Part shown: positions 10,646 through 24,818 of the stretch, piece by piece
Layout: every line of letters begins with the position of its first letter
Position numbering within the stretch: position 1 is the stretch's first letter
Origin: the human T2T-CHM13v2.0 reference genome, Homo sapiens
NCBI RefSeq assembly: GCF_009914755.1
Contig: NC_060928.1
Direction: 5' to 3' (one strand)
Length of the DNA: 64,000 nt
The notes under the pieces: generated by a model
Databases searched by the model: none
The model's input: only the letters and a program-made list of their open reading frames with translations
Told to the model about the DNA's origin: nothing
Translations under genes and position numbers: made by a program

Positions 10646-13600
10646 CATTTCCTTTCCAGAAAATTCCACCAGAAAGGACTCTTTGACCAAAGAGAAAATT
10701 AAAGGAGTACTGTAGTGTTATTTTCTACACTCTAGTTGTTTCTACAGGACTTTCTGTGCCCCAATAGATTACAATGTTATGTAGATGCAGAAATAAAGAT
10801 GGTTATATTATAAGGAACACAGAGTGCAAATAAAATACTAAAGTTATGTATAAAACAAAATTATATCTTCTAAAAATAAAGTAATATAGCATCTAAATCA
10901 TATAAAGCCAAATGAGTGTTAGCACCTTCAAAGCCACTATGCTAAAGTAGTTTTCATTTAGTTATTGCCATTTACATGTTTTTTACAAACAACACTTTAC
11001 AGTAATGCTTAGAGCCTGCATTTAAAGGAGAGGAATTAGAGAAGGGAAAGCTGGGTAAATACACAGGAAATCCAGTTGATTGCTTAGACAGAGCCTCATG
11101 TAGTAGCAATTACATCACTTTGGTGGGGAATCAACACAAACTGATCTCTCACTTTTCAGATCTCGACTTTAGAATGTTTCAGATAGAGCACTCAAAGATA
11201 ATTTTATTTAAGTGCACTCACTTCAAGATTGTTGCATGAAATGATATATAAACAAAAATCATAATACAGTATTCTTATGCATTTACCATAATATTTTTGT
11301 TTTCTAAGATGTACTCTTCCTGATCAATACTTTAGAAAACATAATGAAAAAATAGAAAATATTTTGGGACAAGGATGTGGGGGGAAAGTAAGTTATACAA
11401 AATAATAGTCCACTGAGATTGAAGTGTGAAAGAATAAATCCATTCCTGTGCTACATCCAATGCTCTCTGGTACCCCACATTTTCCAGATTCATTAACACT
11501 CCTGGAAAATGCTTTCTGATACTGTTGAATTCTCAACCTTTACATTTCCATTTTTGTAAGCAGCATGTGGAAAGACTAGTTTTTCTTTAGTTAGTACATT
11601 CTTTCCTCGGATAACGTGCAATAAAATCTGTTAGATAGATGCACATCCTTTCTTATAAACAATTCTAACACTGAACGTTAACGTTCACTGTGTACCTCTT
11701 CTGTTTTCCGAAATTTTGTAACAGCATATTTTCATGAAAATTATTTTGTTATTTTTTCAGATGGTAGAGAATATCCACGAAAATATCATTCTTCCCCCAT
11801 TCATACTGAAAATTCTAAGATGCCTTAATGTAGAAATCATGCATGCAATATTCATTTTTAATGGCTAATCATGCAAGTATATGTGGAAGAGGCCAGAGTT
11901 GGGCCAAGATTTCAAAAGTGATGTGTTTTATTCATAAAGATGTGCTAGGACTCAGTAATTACCCATTATTATAGGAAGATACAAAGAATAAGAACAGATT
12001 TTTCAAGCTGCTATCCCTAATGTATTTGTCTTTTATTACTTATGAGTCTTTTAGCTGGGTCAGATTATAAAAGGCTGGTTCCAGTTTACAAACTGTCCAA
12101 AACGATGACTAAGAGAAGGTTCAAGTTTGCTCTTGCTTGGATTTACATAAACAGGACAAAAAGTGCAAAGAAATGATACATGAGTAAATGAACACAGCTT
12201 TTCCATGTTTCCTTAGTTCCTTACCAAGCGATTAGCAAAATTCGGTAGTGTATTACTTAGAAGAGTCTTACGTTTTATACTTCTAGAACAGAGAAGGAAC
12301 CATATGCACAATCAAGAGTTTACCAGCTACTTTAAAAGGTAATTCCTTACTTGCTCATAGACACCTACTCCTTCATTCCATTTTTTTCTTCAACTTTATA
12401 TCACCTCATACTTATATATAAATACATTCATTTCCCTTGCATATACCCAATAAAACCTCTTTGCCTTCCTATGAAAACTGTGATTTCTTCTATTGAACTA
12501 GATTTAAATTAAAATATATGTTGCATAAAACAAGGGATGATTTCATTGTAGCATTTGTGCCAAGAAAAATAATTTGAATATTTTGTTCATTAAGATAAAC
12601 CTATGCCTTCAAGTTAGTCATTTTATGATTAGAAATAATAGCTATTATCGGACCATTTTGGCTAACCTTTTTGGAGGCTACTAATTATTTTCATTTATAA
12701 CTTCTGAGATAAAAATATTTCTATTTCCACTATTGTAGGACTTTGTCAAGTGGATAAATCTTTAAAATAACCGTGGGCAGAGTGTATCATTATCAGCTAA
12801 CATGACAGTATGGAGGCGTTATTCGCATTGCTAACAACACAAGCAGAAAGGGAGAATGGAGAATTTTTTTAAAACCATTCTTTTAATTTTCTTCATGATG
12901 AAGTTAGAACATTTAAAAACTAATAAAGAGGTGTTCTAAGAAAATTCTGAAATGTGACAAAAGTTATATCTAATTATAATTATGACAAATAACATTAAAA
13001 AGTCACCCTGTTTAAAAGTATCAAAAAATCTAACGTCTAATGTAAGATTTCATTTTCCTAAATTTAAAAATCCTTACATTTATGAGGGCCTAAATATTTT
13101 GTGGCCAATACATTAAAAAATATCTTTAAATGAAACAGCTTTACCATAAGTTTTAGTGTGGAATGATTCCTATTAATGTCATTCTTGGTTGGGTTTCGGG
13201 GTGAGAATGAGCTATGTGCCTCATTTCTTAATGAACATTTATTGATGCAAATGAAAATTATATAAATATTCTGAAATGGGAAAAGGAATATTTGTTAAAT
13301 TCCCAAATATATATTTGCTCCTTCAATTTACAAATCATACCTGATTGATTACCCAACTTTGGAATATTTTAAATTTAATATCAGCCATTTAAATTTTATT
13401 GTTATTGATAACTAGATAATTTTTCTGTTGTCTTAATGATGATGTATATGTTTAATTTCTCAACTGAAATAATGTGGGAAATTACACAATAAATTGTGTC
13501 AATTAAAAAGAGGGAAATACTGGTAAGTGTAAGCATTTTAAATAGAGTTATCTTTGGCTAATGTCCAAGGGTAAATGCATATTTCTAATTCTTTATAGCT

Positions 13601-15329
13601 TTAGTCAATGAGCTTAATTTTGAATAACTAAAAATGCTAGTTACTATGGCATCATATTTCTTTATATAGTATCTATTTTCATACAAAGAAAAGAAAAAAG
13701 TTTCAGGTTACTTTAAGCTGAGGATGCCCACAGTTTATGTCTTAGTTGATAATGGATATGAATTTTCATATTTTATTCTGCCACGTAAATCTCAATGAAG
13801 CCCTAAGCCCTTCTCATCCTCACACAGGTTTCCTTTCTGTGTATGAAAAAGTAAATCATTATTAAGTAATGCAATAGATAGCCAAATCAGACAGGAACTA
13901 TTACAACCAATTTTGTTGTTACATATTTTCAAAGGAAACTTCTACAAGGGGTAAAAATTGAATCTTATACATTGCTATTAACGGGCCTCTAAGTAGAAGG
14001 AAGCATATATTTACTGCGTCATAATTTTATTATGGTGGCGCTCCAAAAATGACCAAAAGGATTCTTAGGATAATTGTAGCTATCAAATACTGAGCTATGT
14101 TATCTTGTAACTTGAGGCTGAAGACAATAAGAAAAATTCAGGAAATGTATTTTTAACATATACATGCATAAAATTGTTCAATAAAAATGGATATATGATG
14201 AATCATATCCAAGCAAAAAAGTTACTTTGAATCATTGTCTCTACTATATAGTATTCCTAACTTCTCCAGACACTACTTTGCAAACCAGGGATAAAGAATA
14301 AAAAAAAAAGGTAAACTTTGAAGTGAATTATTGGGATATTATTGTGAATCGTTTTTGCTGCAGGCAGCATGGCATGAAACAGAGCATACAAACTGGGAAA
14401 AGTAGAGGAGAGATGAATTTATGGATTATCTGGAACATATATTCCAAATCAATTGTTTTCTAAGTTATTTCCTGACATGGTTTTGTAAATGCATTTAAAT
14501 CAATGAACAATATTGGAGTTTTCTGGAGTCCTTATATCAGGTTTCTGATTATAAAAGAATGTATACTATATTATTTAATAAAAAGTATGTAATTCATCAA
14601 TATATTTAAATACAGAAATTTTAAACTGTCCTCTAATTGTGAAGTCAAAACTAAGAAGTTACTTGCTATTTTAAGTTTGCTAGAGAATGATACTGTGCTT
14701 TTGAGCTCATTAAAAATAATTAATATATATTTATCAGTCAAACACAGTGAGATTGATTATCATCATGCAATTCATATGCTAGAGGCTGGAGCCTGTGTCT
14801 TCAGGCCACTACACATATAAAAAGCCAAACTGCTCAGCCTTGATACAAGTGAAGTGACTTGATACTCTAAAAAGAAACACCAGCCTCTTGATGGACAAAA
14901 ATATGAAATGACAAGAGTAATTTCAAGTAGCTCCAAGTAAATTAACCATAATATTTACTAATAGTATCATCTTTGCTAATAAGGATTAGGGCATTAATAA
15001 ACACTGGAAAAATAAAATGGGCTTCAAAGTTCACTTGTGTAAATTGATGAAGGTCACAAGAAATCAAAAAAGGTTAGAGATAATATTGTTTTAAAAGCTT
15101 AATATACTAGTCAGGAAGTAACTGGGAAATTCATTGAACATCTTTTGGTTTTTAGGGTCATTCTTTCTGTAGGAATATGCATATACTATAAGTGAATTAT
15201 CACAATTACTAAAATTAGTTGTCTAGTATACAGACAAAGTTGTTGCCTAATATTGTGTCATTTTTTGGAAGCATCAATTTCACAAACATATCTTTTTTGT
15301 TTGCTTATTTTGTGGTTTACCTTTTTTTC

Positions 15330-15717
15330 CAATTCTTATTTTGGTAAGTACAAATGGTATAAAATTTGCCATCTTATCTATTTTTAAGTGTACAGTTCAG
15401 TGGTCTTAAACACATTAATGTTGTGCATCCATCACCACCATCTGTCTGCAGAACTCTTTTCATCTTGGAAAACTGAAACTCTATCCCATTAAACTAAATC
15501 TCTATCCTCCTGTCCCTGCAGCACCTGGCAACTGGCATTCTCCTTTCTGACATTATAATTTTGGCTACGCTGAGTACCTCATATAAGTGGAATCATGCAT
15601 GATTTGTCCTGTTGTGATCTGTGTATTTCACTTCACTTAATGTCATCAAGATTCGTCCATGTTGTAGCATATGTCAGAATATTTCCTCTATTTAAGATGG
15701 AATCGTATCCTCCATTT
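15330..15717 (-). mobile_element. L1MB 3' end
   Basis: tttttaagtgtacagttcagtgg..catcaccaccatc..gtacctcatataagtggaatcat. Confidence 0.85.
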
Positions 15718-18359
15718 TACTTATCTTTGCTCTAACGTTTATTATTTCCTTCCTTCTTCTACCTCTGGGTTTTGTCTGTTTGTCTTGTTACAGGTCCATA
15801 AGTTGTATGGAGAGACTATCGATTTGAGATCTTTTTTTCTTTTAAATTCTAAGTAAATGAAAATGAAATTTCATTTCAGTTATTATACTTCCCAGCTCCA
15901 GATTTTCCTTTTGATTATTTTAAAATGTATCTCAAAATTTTCTTCTTAGCACTGTTTTGCTGCATCCCATAGGTTTTGGTTTGTTGCATTTTTGTTTTCT
16001 TTTGATTCTATTTTCTAGTTTCCCTTATTTCTCTTTCGATCAATTGGTTGTGTAAGACTATGTTTTTAAATTTCCATTAATTTGTTCACTTTCTAGCTTT
16101 TCTTCTATTATCGATTTCTAAATTCATCCTGTTGTGGTTGGAGAAGATTTTCTTTTATGACTTCCATTTAAAAATATATATATATTGGGACTTAGGTCTC
16201 ATGTGCAGTTAAGAAGAATGGGTATTCTATTGTTGTTGGGTATCATGTTCTTTATATGTCTGTTAGACCTAGTTAGCTTATTGTGTTTCTTCTCTTTCCT
16301 TACTTATCTTCTGTCTGGTTGTTCTCTTCATTATTAAGAATGAGATATCAGTCTCTAACTACTTTTATAGAACTGTCTATCCCTTAAATACTGTTAATTT
16401 TTGCTTCATGTATTTGATGTCTGTTATTAGGTACATGAATGTTTACATATCTTCATGCAGTGTTGATTCTGTTATTAATACATAATGTCCTTCTTTGTCA
16501 CTTGTAACCTTTTTAAATTTAATGTCCATATTTTCTGATTTTAGTATAGTTACTCCTGATCTCTTTTGGTTACTATTTGTATGGAATATCTTTTTTAAAT
16601 CTGTCATTTTCAACCTATTTCTGTCTTTGGATCCAAAGTGAATCTTTAGTAAACAGCATATTGTTGGTTGATTTTAAAAGTCCACTCTGCCATTCTTTTT
16701 TTTTTTTTTAATTTCAGAGCTTAATCTACTTATGTTTAAAGTAATTACTGATAAGGAAAATCTTCTGTCATTTTGCCATTTTTTTCTGCAAGCATTATAA
16801 ATTTTTTGTCCTGATTTTTTGCATTACTGTCTTCTGTGTTTAATTGATTTCTTTTGTAGAAAAATATTTGAATTCCCTTCATATTTCCTTTTCTGTGTAT
16901 CCTAGAGCTTTTTTGTGTGGTTACCATGGTAATTACATTTAACATCCTCAAGTCATAACACTCTAGTTTGAATTTAAGCCATTTTAACTTCAATAACAAA
17001 AAAAAAAAAAAACCTCTGCTCCTTGGCAGCTTAGTTTCCACCCTGTTCAGTAGTTCAGCTGTTGATGTAACAAAAACACATTTTATGTATTATGTGTCCA
17101 AAAATGTAAAGTAATAATTTTTCCTAAAGCATTAGTACCTTAAATTATGTGGAAACAATATGTATAGTTATAAACCAAAGTTACAATAATGCTAACATTA
17201 AATTTTTCATGTATTTATTTTTACTGCAGTCTTTATTTTTTCATATACCTTTGAGCTACCATCTAGCATCCTTCATTTTAAACTGCAAGAGTGTTTTTTA
17301 GCATTTCTTTCAGGGCCAATCTAGTGGTTATAAACTCAGCTTTTGCTTATTTTAGAATTTTTTTATTTTTCTCTAACTTTTGAAAGATAATTTTACCACA
17401 TATAGGATTCTTGGTTGACATGTTTTTTTTTTCTAGTAGTTATTTAAATATAATAGTCCATTGCCTTCTAGACTGCAGTTTCTGATGAGAAATCTACTGA
17501 TAGTCTCATTGAGGTTGCATATTATAAATTACTTTTCTATTTATGATTTCCAGATTATTTATTTGCCTTTGGCTTCCCACAGTTTGATTAAAATGTGTCT
17601 CAGTGTGTGTATCTTTGAGTTCACAATATCGAATTCATTAAAGTTCTTGAATGTTTATATTCCTGTCTTTCCTCAAATTTTGGAAATTTTCAGAAACTAT
17701 TTAAATATTTTCTCTGCCTCTTTCATTTTCTTCTCCTTCGGAGACTACTATAATGTGTATATTGGTCTTCATGATTGTGTTTTATACCTTTAGTTTTCAC
17801 TTTCTTCAGTCATTTTTTATTTCCATCCCTCAGATTCAATAAATTCCATTGTCCTATATCCAAATGCACTGATTCTTTTTCTGCCTATTCAAAACTACCT
17901 TTCAAACAGTATAATGCATTTTTCATTTCAGTTATTATACTTCCCTGTTCCAGACCTTCCTTTTAGTTATTTTTAAAATACTCTATTTATATTTTCATTT
18001 TGTTCATACATATATATTTCTTACTTCCCCTGTGCCTTCCTTCAGTTCTTTGAGCATCTTGAAGACAGTTGTTTTAAAGTCATTTTCTAGTAGATCTACT
18101 ATCAGGACTTTCTCAAGGACAATTTCTGTTGGTTTATTACCTTCCACTGAATGGAACATACTTTACTGTTTCTTCGTATGCCTTGTGATTTTTGTGTTGA
18201 AAACTGTATATTTTAATCCAATAATATGGCAAATTTGGAACTCATATTTCACTCCTTCACCTGGATATGCTGCTTTTATTTTGATTTGGTTTGTTTTGTT
18301 TGGAATGCTGTAGGCTATCTCTATGCCAAGGATTAGGCTGATGTGTAAACTTAAGGGTT

Positions 18360-18392
<33 letters not shown>

Positions 18393-18995
18393 CAGATCTT
18401 TTCTGAGCCTGCATTTCTCCCTGGGCATTCCTGAAAACTTTCTAATTTTCCCGTATTTTCAGGTGCTGTGAATGTTTTAGTCTTTAATCTCTGGTTCACA
18501 AAAATGAGAAAAAGAAAAAATTAAGATTAAAAAAAACCTCACTTGAGCTTTATATACTCTGGAAGTCACTTCAGCCAAAGAAAATGCTACTTGGAACAAT
18601 AAGGGGGAGATGTAGCAAGAGTAGGTGCCTGCCTTTGTGTTTGTCCCTCCTTGATCAAATACAGCAATTAATGATCAGAACACACAGCCCCAATGTTAGA
18701 GAACAGTGTCCTTACTGCCCACCCTGCCTCCCATGAGTTGTATGAAAACTGCTCTAGTAACATGTGTACAACTACCTGCCATAGAGTTTGTTAGTGTGAA
18801 AGGTGGCTGCTGTCGAGTTAAGAAGTGATACTGACCAAAATCTTCTTCAGTTTACCACTAAAGCCTTCCCCTAGAAGATACAAGCCTTTATAGCATTCTA
18901 AATAAGTTACATGGGAAAGATTTTTGCTTGTGTAATTATTGTCTGAGTGAGAAAACTTATTATTGGTGCTTCCTACTCCACTGTCTTCCCAGAAT
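15718..18995 (-). mobile_element. Old L1M (MC/MD-like): ORF2 endonuclease region, ORF1 and 5' end, degenerate
   Basis: tcttagcactgttttgctgcatcccataggttttgg (ORF2), ccacatataggattcttggttgaca and tttctgatgagaaatc (ORF1), A/T-skewed L1 composition. Confidence 0.75.
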
Positions 18996-21900
18996 TCTCT
19001 TATTTTGAGTTTTTAATAATATTTGAATTTCAAAGACTTCCTAATAATTCCAAAGGATATAACACTGGGTAAAAGTAGAAGTGGGTCAGCAGACTTTTTA
19101 TTGTAATTATACTTTCATGAGTCCCATAATATAAAATTTAGACGGTTTAATCCCTCCTCTGAAATATATGTTTCACTTATTATTAGAAGATACACATTAT
19201 TTTTAATTTAAAGATAATGACTACATTTACTATTTTCTGTTCATTTACAATCCAAGAACAAATAAATATCCATAGCAACATAGACTCTAGAAAGGTCCTC
19301 CATATGCGCTACTCAATGCATACTTCTTACTTATTTTTGCCTAGACTATATATATTCATAAAGTTTTGTTAGCTGGACAGTCACCCAAACATATGAGAAT
19401 TCATTTAAGACAAATCTAGAAAATTAAAAAAAATACCCCCTAGAGTGAAAAATTGTATACAGTGTTGGAATAAAAATTTTTAATTCCTTATTAAAGTAAA
19501 TCTCATTCTCTTGCTTGGATTGACATTTGATCAATTGATGTTCAAATTAAATAAGTTGTTTGCGTTTCTAAAACAGACAACAAGATATAGTTAAAATATA
19601 TTTAGTTCCAGTTCCTGCACTTCAAGAATTAATGTAGCCCTCTTCAAAGATTATGACCTTTTCTAAATGTACTCCTTGTATCACCAGAAATTGAGAGCTT
19701 TCAGCATGTGGTACTACCGGTATCATCAAACTGAAAAAGCAGAAATGCTGTCCTTATCCTTTCCTGATCATTAAATGTCATCAGTGATAAAGCTTAAGTG
19801 AAGCAGTTTGTTAAGATGGAGGCTGTTGGTACTGCTCTGTAGAATACAGGAGGTCAGATTCCACAGTGTCAAGGAAAATCAAGCTAATGGAGCAATTTAA
19901 TTAAAATTAATTGAGTATAATTCTGTCTCTTAAGAATGAGATTGATGTAGGGTTATTTCCAGCTTTTTTGGCTTAAGGTGAAATGAATGTCCATACTTTT
20001 TAATGTTATCTTCCTCAATCTTTTCCTATAATCATAGTTTTAACAAATAATAATGGTTTATAGAAGTTAGAAATGTAAAAGACCTATGAGGTTATTTAAG
20101 CTACTATACACTGTGATTGGATTTTTTTATTCTCTTTATGTACCTCTCATACCCATACTGAGTTTAGTTCATAATATAGACTCTAAGCTGAGAAGTAATA
20201 TATATTGAGGCATCTATTAATGCTTCATTTAAAACCCATACCCTTACCTTAAATTTTAGTGGAATCCTGCTGACAAACTTGTGTGAGCCAACTAGGTAGA
20301 TTTTAGTTGAGCAATCTAGATTCCTGCTTCTATCACAAAACAGTTTATACAAGTCAGCAGAATTGGCATATATCTGATTAAATGTAGTAGAGACAGATGT
20401 AGTACACCTTTAGCATGACTTACCCATCTGTCATTGGGATATGCTGTTCTCTTCATAAAATCACTTTTACTACTCCAGAAAGTTAAATAGCTCACATTTT
20501 TGCTTCCTCCACTCTGCTTACTTATGCATAAATATTATAGTCCCCTTGCCAAGTAGTCAGTATTTATAATTAACATATTTACTAGATTGACAACATTAAG
20601 TATAAACAGATAGACATGGTGGTGACCAAAAGAGGAATATATTGGGCCTTGTTACTTGGGAAAAGATTTTAGCATGGTAGTATAGCTTGATAGTATTTGG
20701 TCATCATTAAGAGATTAAAAATTTCTTTCATGACTTTGTTTCTTCACTCTTGCGATGTCATTTATTGCATATATTGATACGGTTTTAAAAAATTAAAATT
20801 TACCTCTCCTAAACATTTTCTGCCTTTGAAAAAGTCATTGAAAAAATGTTTTGAATATATACAAGAATGAAATTAAAGGGCAAAAAAATAAGAGTTAAAG
20901 TTCTATTCATTTTTATATTATTAGTCTAGGAGAGTGGTACATTTAATTAAACATAGAAACTTAAAGACATTGAATACGACTTCTCTGTTGCTACTCTATG
21001 CCTTATAATACTCACTGCCAGACAGGGTAGGTATGTAACTACTAACAACCCTAAAATATAACAAATACATCAACTGGAAAGCTTTGTATATTATAAAATT
21101 CTGTCAGCGTGGTAGAGTACCTGAGCAGCGATCCTATGGAGAGCTGAAACAGAGTAACTGCAGGCAGAAGATATCTTTTTAAAGGAACTTGCTGATAAAA
21201 AGCTTCAACAGCATGACATATCTCTGACTTGCTGGGAAACAGCAGCTGACAGAGCAAACCAACATGTAACAGTTGGTTTCAGGGGTGAATATATAGGACC
21301 ATAAACCAAATGAAACTTGTGAACAGCCGCCAGAGTTGCAAATCAAAAGCCATTATACACCTATTCCATGTGGGGCCAACTGTTGAAACTAATAGCGCCC
21401 TTTCCTTTAGATTTTCTTGAATAAAGGCAGCTATCAACTAGTGATCAGACCATAAGGAATATAATTTTACTTATGATAGAGAAATTATATACCATTTGGA
21501 AATTTTATTTAATCTATTATCCCTTTCAATTTTGTATTCAAAATCTTATCGTAAGCCAAGCCACCTTCCAATAACAATTATTAAATATCTGAGCTTCAAT
21601 TGACTATCATGATTTCTTGCATTCTAATCAACTAAAGAGAACTTCCAGATATATTCTGTACTGTAGGTAATTGAGCTATTCCTCATTATGCCGGCCTTGA
21701 TTTGCAAAGGTGATGAAATATCTTCACAGTTGATGAGGAGGCTGGTTGCACCAAAACTTGCAAAAGTGTTTTCTTCATTCTCGCTACTGTAAAATAATGT
21801 GAATAACATAAAGGACTTTACTAGGCTGTATACTGAAAGAACAATAAATCATTAGCACCACAGGAGAGAGTTGTAATAGCCTTTGATTAATCTATAATCT

Positions 21901-22394
21901 ACCACTATTGCAATATTCTTTGTTAATGGAATTTTCAATTAGAATATTATTTGAAACACAATTCATTTTACATTTATTAAACGTTCCGCATACTATTATG
22001 TTGTCATTAGGTAGCATTTAGCAAACTGATCATTAAAGCAGCAAATTTGGACCACAGATTTGTTATCATTTTTGGGAGCTTGCAGTGGCTTTGGGAACTT
22101 TTTTTTAAACTGATTTAATGATAAGATTCCATCATCTTCTTTCACAGTTATTTCATCTCATTATTCCTATTTGTGGATGAACACTTGGTAAGGTATTTAC
22201 TATTTTGAGTTCATTTTTATGCTTATGAACATTAGGTAAACATTGGCTTCATGATACTACTTACTTTATAAGGTTTTATGTAAATTATTAATACATATAG
22301 AGTAAGATTTCAATTAACCTCAGCTATTTTATTATTGCTAACAATAAATGTAAAATTTCAGTAAATGTTAAAACTACTAATTTAATATGTAACA

Positions 22395-22620
22395 TATGTA
22401 GAGCTACAAGGTGGCAGGAAAAGTTCTAAATGCTTTGCATATCTTAATTGTTTGACTTGCATAATATAAGCATTCTTTGAAGTAGGTAGTATTGTTATTT
22501 CTACATTACAAATGAGAAAACCGGGGCTGAGAGAGGATAAGTAGTTGGTCCAAGGTCAGCTTGAGGTTTGGACCTGAGACTGTTCAACTTCAAAATCTGT
22601 CCTGTCAATTACTGTACTTT
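22395..22620 (-). mobile_element. MIR
   Basis: ttacaaatgagaaaaccggggctgagagaggataagtagttggtccaaggtca is the reverse MIR core. Confidence 0.8.
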
Positions 22621-22733
22621 AAAACTCTCTGCCAGCAGTATTGAACAAAATAGGATATTATAAAATACTCATTTGTGACACTGATGTTTGGAACCCAAAA
22701 TGTATATATCAAATATAAAAAATGCATACTAAC

Positions 22734-23104
22734 TGTATTAGTCTGTTCTCACATTGCTATAAAGAACTACCTGAGGCTGCATAATTTATGAAGAAAAGAG
22801 ATTTAATTGACTCATAGTTCCACAGACTGTACAGGAAGCATGGCTTGGAGGCCTCAGGAAACTTAAAATCATGGTCGAAGGTGAAAGGGAAGCAAACATG
22901 TCTTACCATGGCAGACAGGAGAGAAAGAGCTAAGGGGGAAGTGCTATCCACTTAAACAATCAGATCTCATGAAAACTTACTATCATGAGAACAACAAGGG
23001 GGAAATCCCATGATCCAAACACCTCCCACCAAGCCCCACCGCCAACACTTGGGATCACAATTCAACATGAGATTTTGGTGGGGACAGAGAGCCAAACCAT
23101 ATCT
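22734..23104 (-). mobile_element. THE1D/MSTA-type MaLR solo LTR
   Basis: tgtattagtctgttctcacattgctataaagaactacctgag...gggacagagagccaaaccatatc; 5-bp TSD ctaac/ctagc. Confidence 0.9.
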
Positions 23105-23814
23105 CTAGCCAATACCCACTCTAGATTCAAGCCTTGTTAGATTCATATTGTATCAAACATCATATTATATGGGAAACTACATTCAGGCTTCCATTTTCAG
23201 CCTTCATTTTTTAAATCATGTTATTGAACTGGCAGTTGAAATAGTGACCATCTCCAAATCCTACCAAGTTCCAAACAGACAGTTTTTCCTCCTTTGGCCT
23301 TTGACAGAGGATTCAGGAGTCAAGTATAAGAAATAAGGAATAGATTTTTGTCAGCTGTGGACCCAGAGGAGTTAATTGTTGGAAGTGTTGCGTAAAAGTA
23401 GTCTAGGGAGGCAAATGTACAATGTACTGGATAGTGAGAAGCAAGGAGGGTTTTGAGAGAGAAAAAGTGTCCAAATAGGAAGATAATATATTCTTTTTCC
23501 CTTTACCTTTGATCTTTATAATGTAGCTCTCCTCCCATGAGTCATATCAGTTCTCAGATATTTGAAAAATAACTTTTGCTAACAACTGTAATATCTTTCC
23601 AGAACCTTTCCTTGAATGTATCAAATGCTGTCAGACCATATGGTTTCAGGATACTCTTACATACTGATTGCTTGAAACTGGTTGTTAAATTGAGGCTTAG
23701 AATTAGATTAACTATTAAAAAATAGCTTAACCAACAGTTTGAAATACAGTGAGATTTTTATTATTTAAACTTTTTAATATTATATCATAAAAGATTGAAT
23801 TCAGTTTTTTATTG

Positions 23815-24172
23815 ATTTTGTTTTTATCATAGGAAATTTCAAACATATTCAAATGAGAGAGAATCGTATAGTATATTTCCATGTGTCCATCACCCACCTT
23901 CAAAAATTATCATTACATGTCTGATCTTGTTTCACCTATATCCTTATTCATTTCTCACCTGTTCCTTTCTTCTGCTCAAGATTATTTTGAAGTAAACTCC
24001 AGACATCTTGTTTTCAACAAATATTTAACATGTGTCTCTGACAGTCATGAACTTTAAATTTTCAGCTCTAATACCATTACTACATCTGAATTTACAATCA
24101 TTCCTTAATATGAATACCCAATGTTAAAATACATGTAATAGTCTAGTAATATTTTATGATTAATATTTTTAC
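23815..24172 (-). mobile_element. L1MC4/5-like 3' UTR (left part; appears to resume at ~27810)
   Basis: ggaaatttcaaacata..ccatcaccca..gattattttgaagtaaactccagacatc. Confidence 0.65.
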
Positions 24173-24404
24173 AGCTTTCTCCAGTCTTTTACTTTCAACT
24201 TATTTGTACTTCTACATTTAAAGTGAATTTCTGGTGTATAGCTAATAATGGGGTCTTGTCTTTTACTCAGTCCAACAGTTTCTAACTTAATAAGAGTGTT
24301 TGCTCAGTCCATTTATATTTAATGTACTTATTGGCATGGATGTATTTAGTCTAACATATTGCCATTTGTTTTCCATTTTCCCATCTATTCTTCATTACAT
24401 TTTT

Positions 24405-24818
24405 TCTTCATTTATTTATTCATACATAATACATGTAAATATTTAGGGGGCACATGTTTATAATATGATACATTGATATAATCAAGTCAGGGTAATTAGG
24501 ATATCTATCACCTTAAATATTTATTGTTTCTTTGTGGCAGGAATATTTAATTGTTCTCTTTGAACTATTTTGAAATGTACAATGAAATAATATTAACTAT
24601 AGTCATCCTACCAATCTATCAAGCACCAGTTCTCAGTTCTTCTACTAAGTGTGTATTTAAGCCCATTAACCACACTTTATCCCCCAATTCCCCTTACTCT
24701 TCCAAGTTTCTGGAACCACCAGTTTACTCTCTTATCTTCGTAAGATTTACATTTTAGCTCCCACAAATAAGTGAGAACGTGCAATATGTGTCTTTGTGGG
24801 ATTGGCTTATTTAAATTA
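24405..24818 (-). mobile_element. L1MA 3' end
   Basis: atcaagtcagggtaattaggatatctatcacc..ttttagctcccacaaataagtgagaac. Confidence 0.85.

Noticed and set aside
11740-11880. Acceptor ttttttcAG followed by ATG
   Set aside because: The frame stops after ~35 codons and the donor is weak; such sites are common in T-rich DNA.
14028-14044. CTCF-like GGTGGCGC
   Set aside because: The 5' half of the motif (CCAC/CCAG) is missing.
21165-21305. Protein-looking + frame AEDIFLKELADKKLQQHDISLTCWE
   Set aside because: No pyrimidine tract before the CAG, no good donor and no recognisable homologue.
21624-21809. 61-aa minus-strand ORF behind an acceptor-like site
   Set aside because: No convincing donor or homology; kept only as part of the candidate conserved block.
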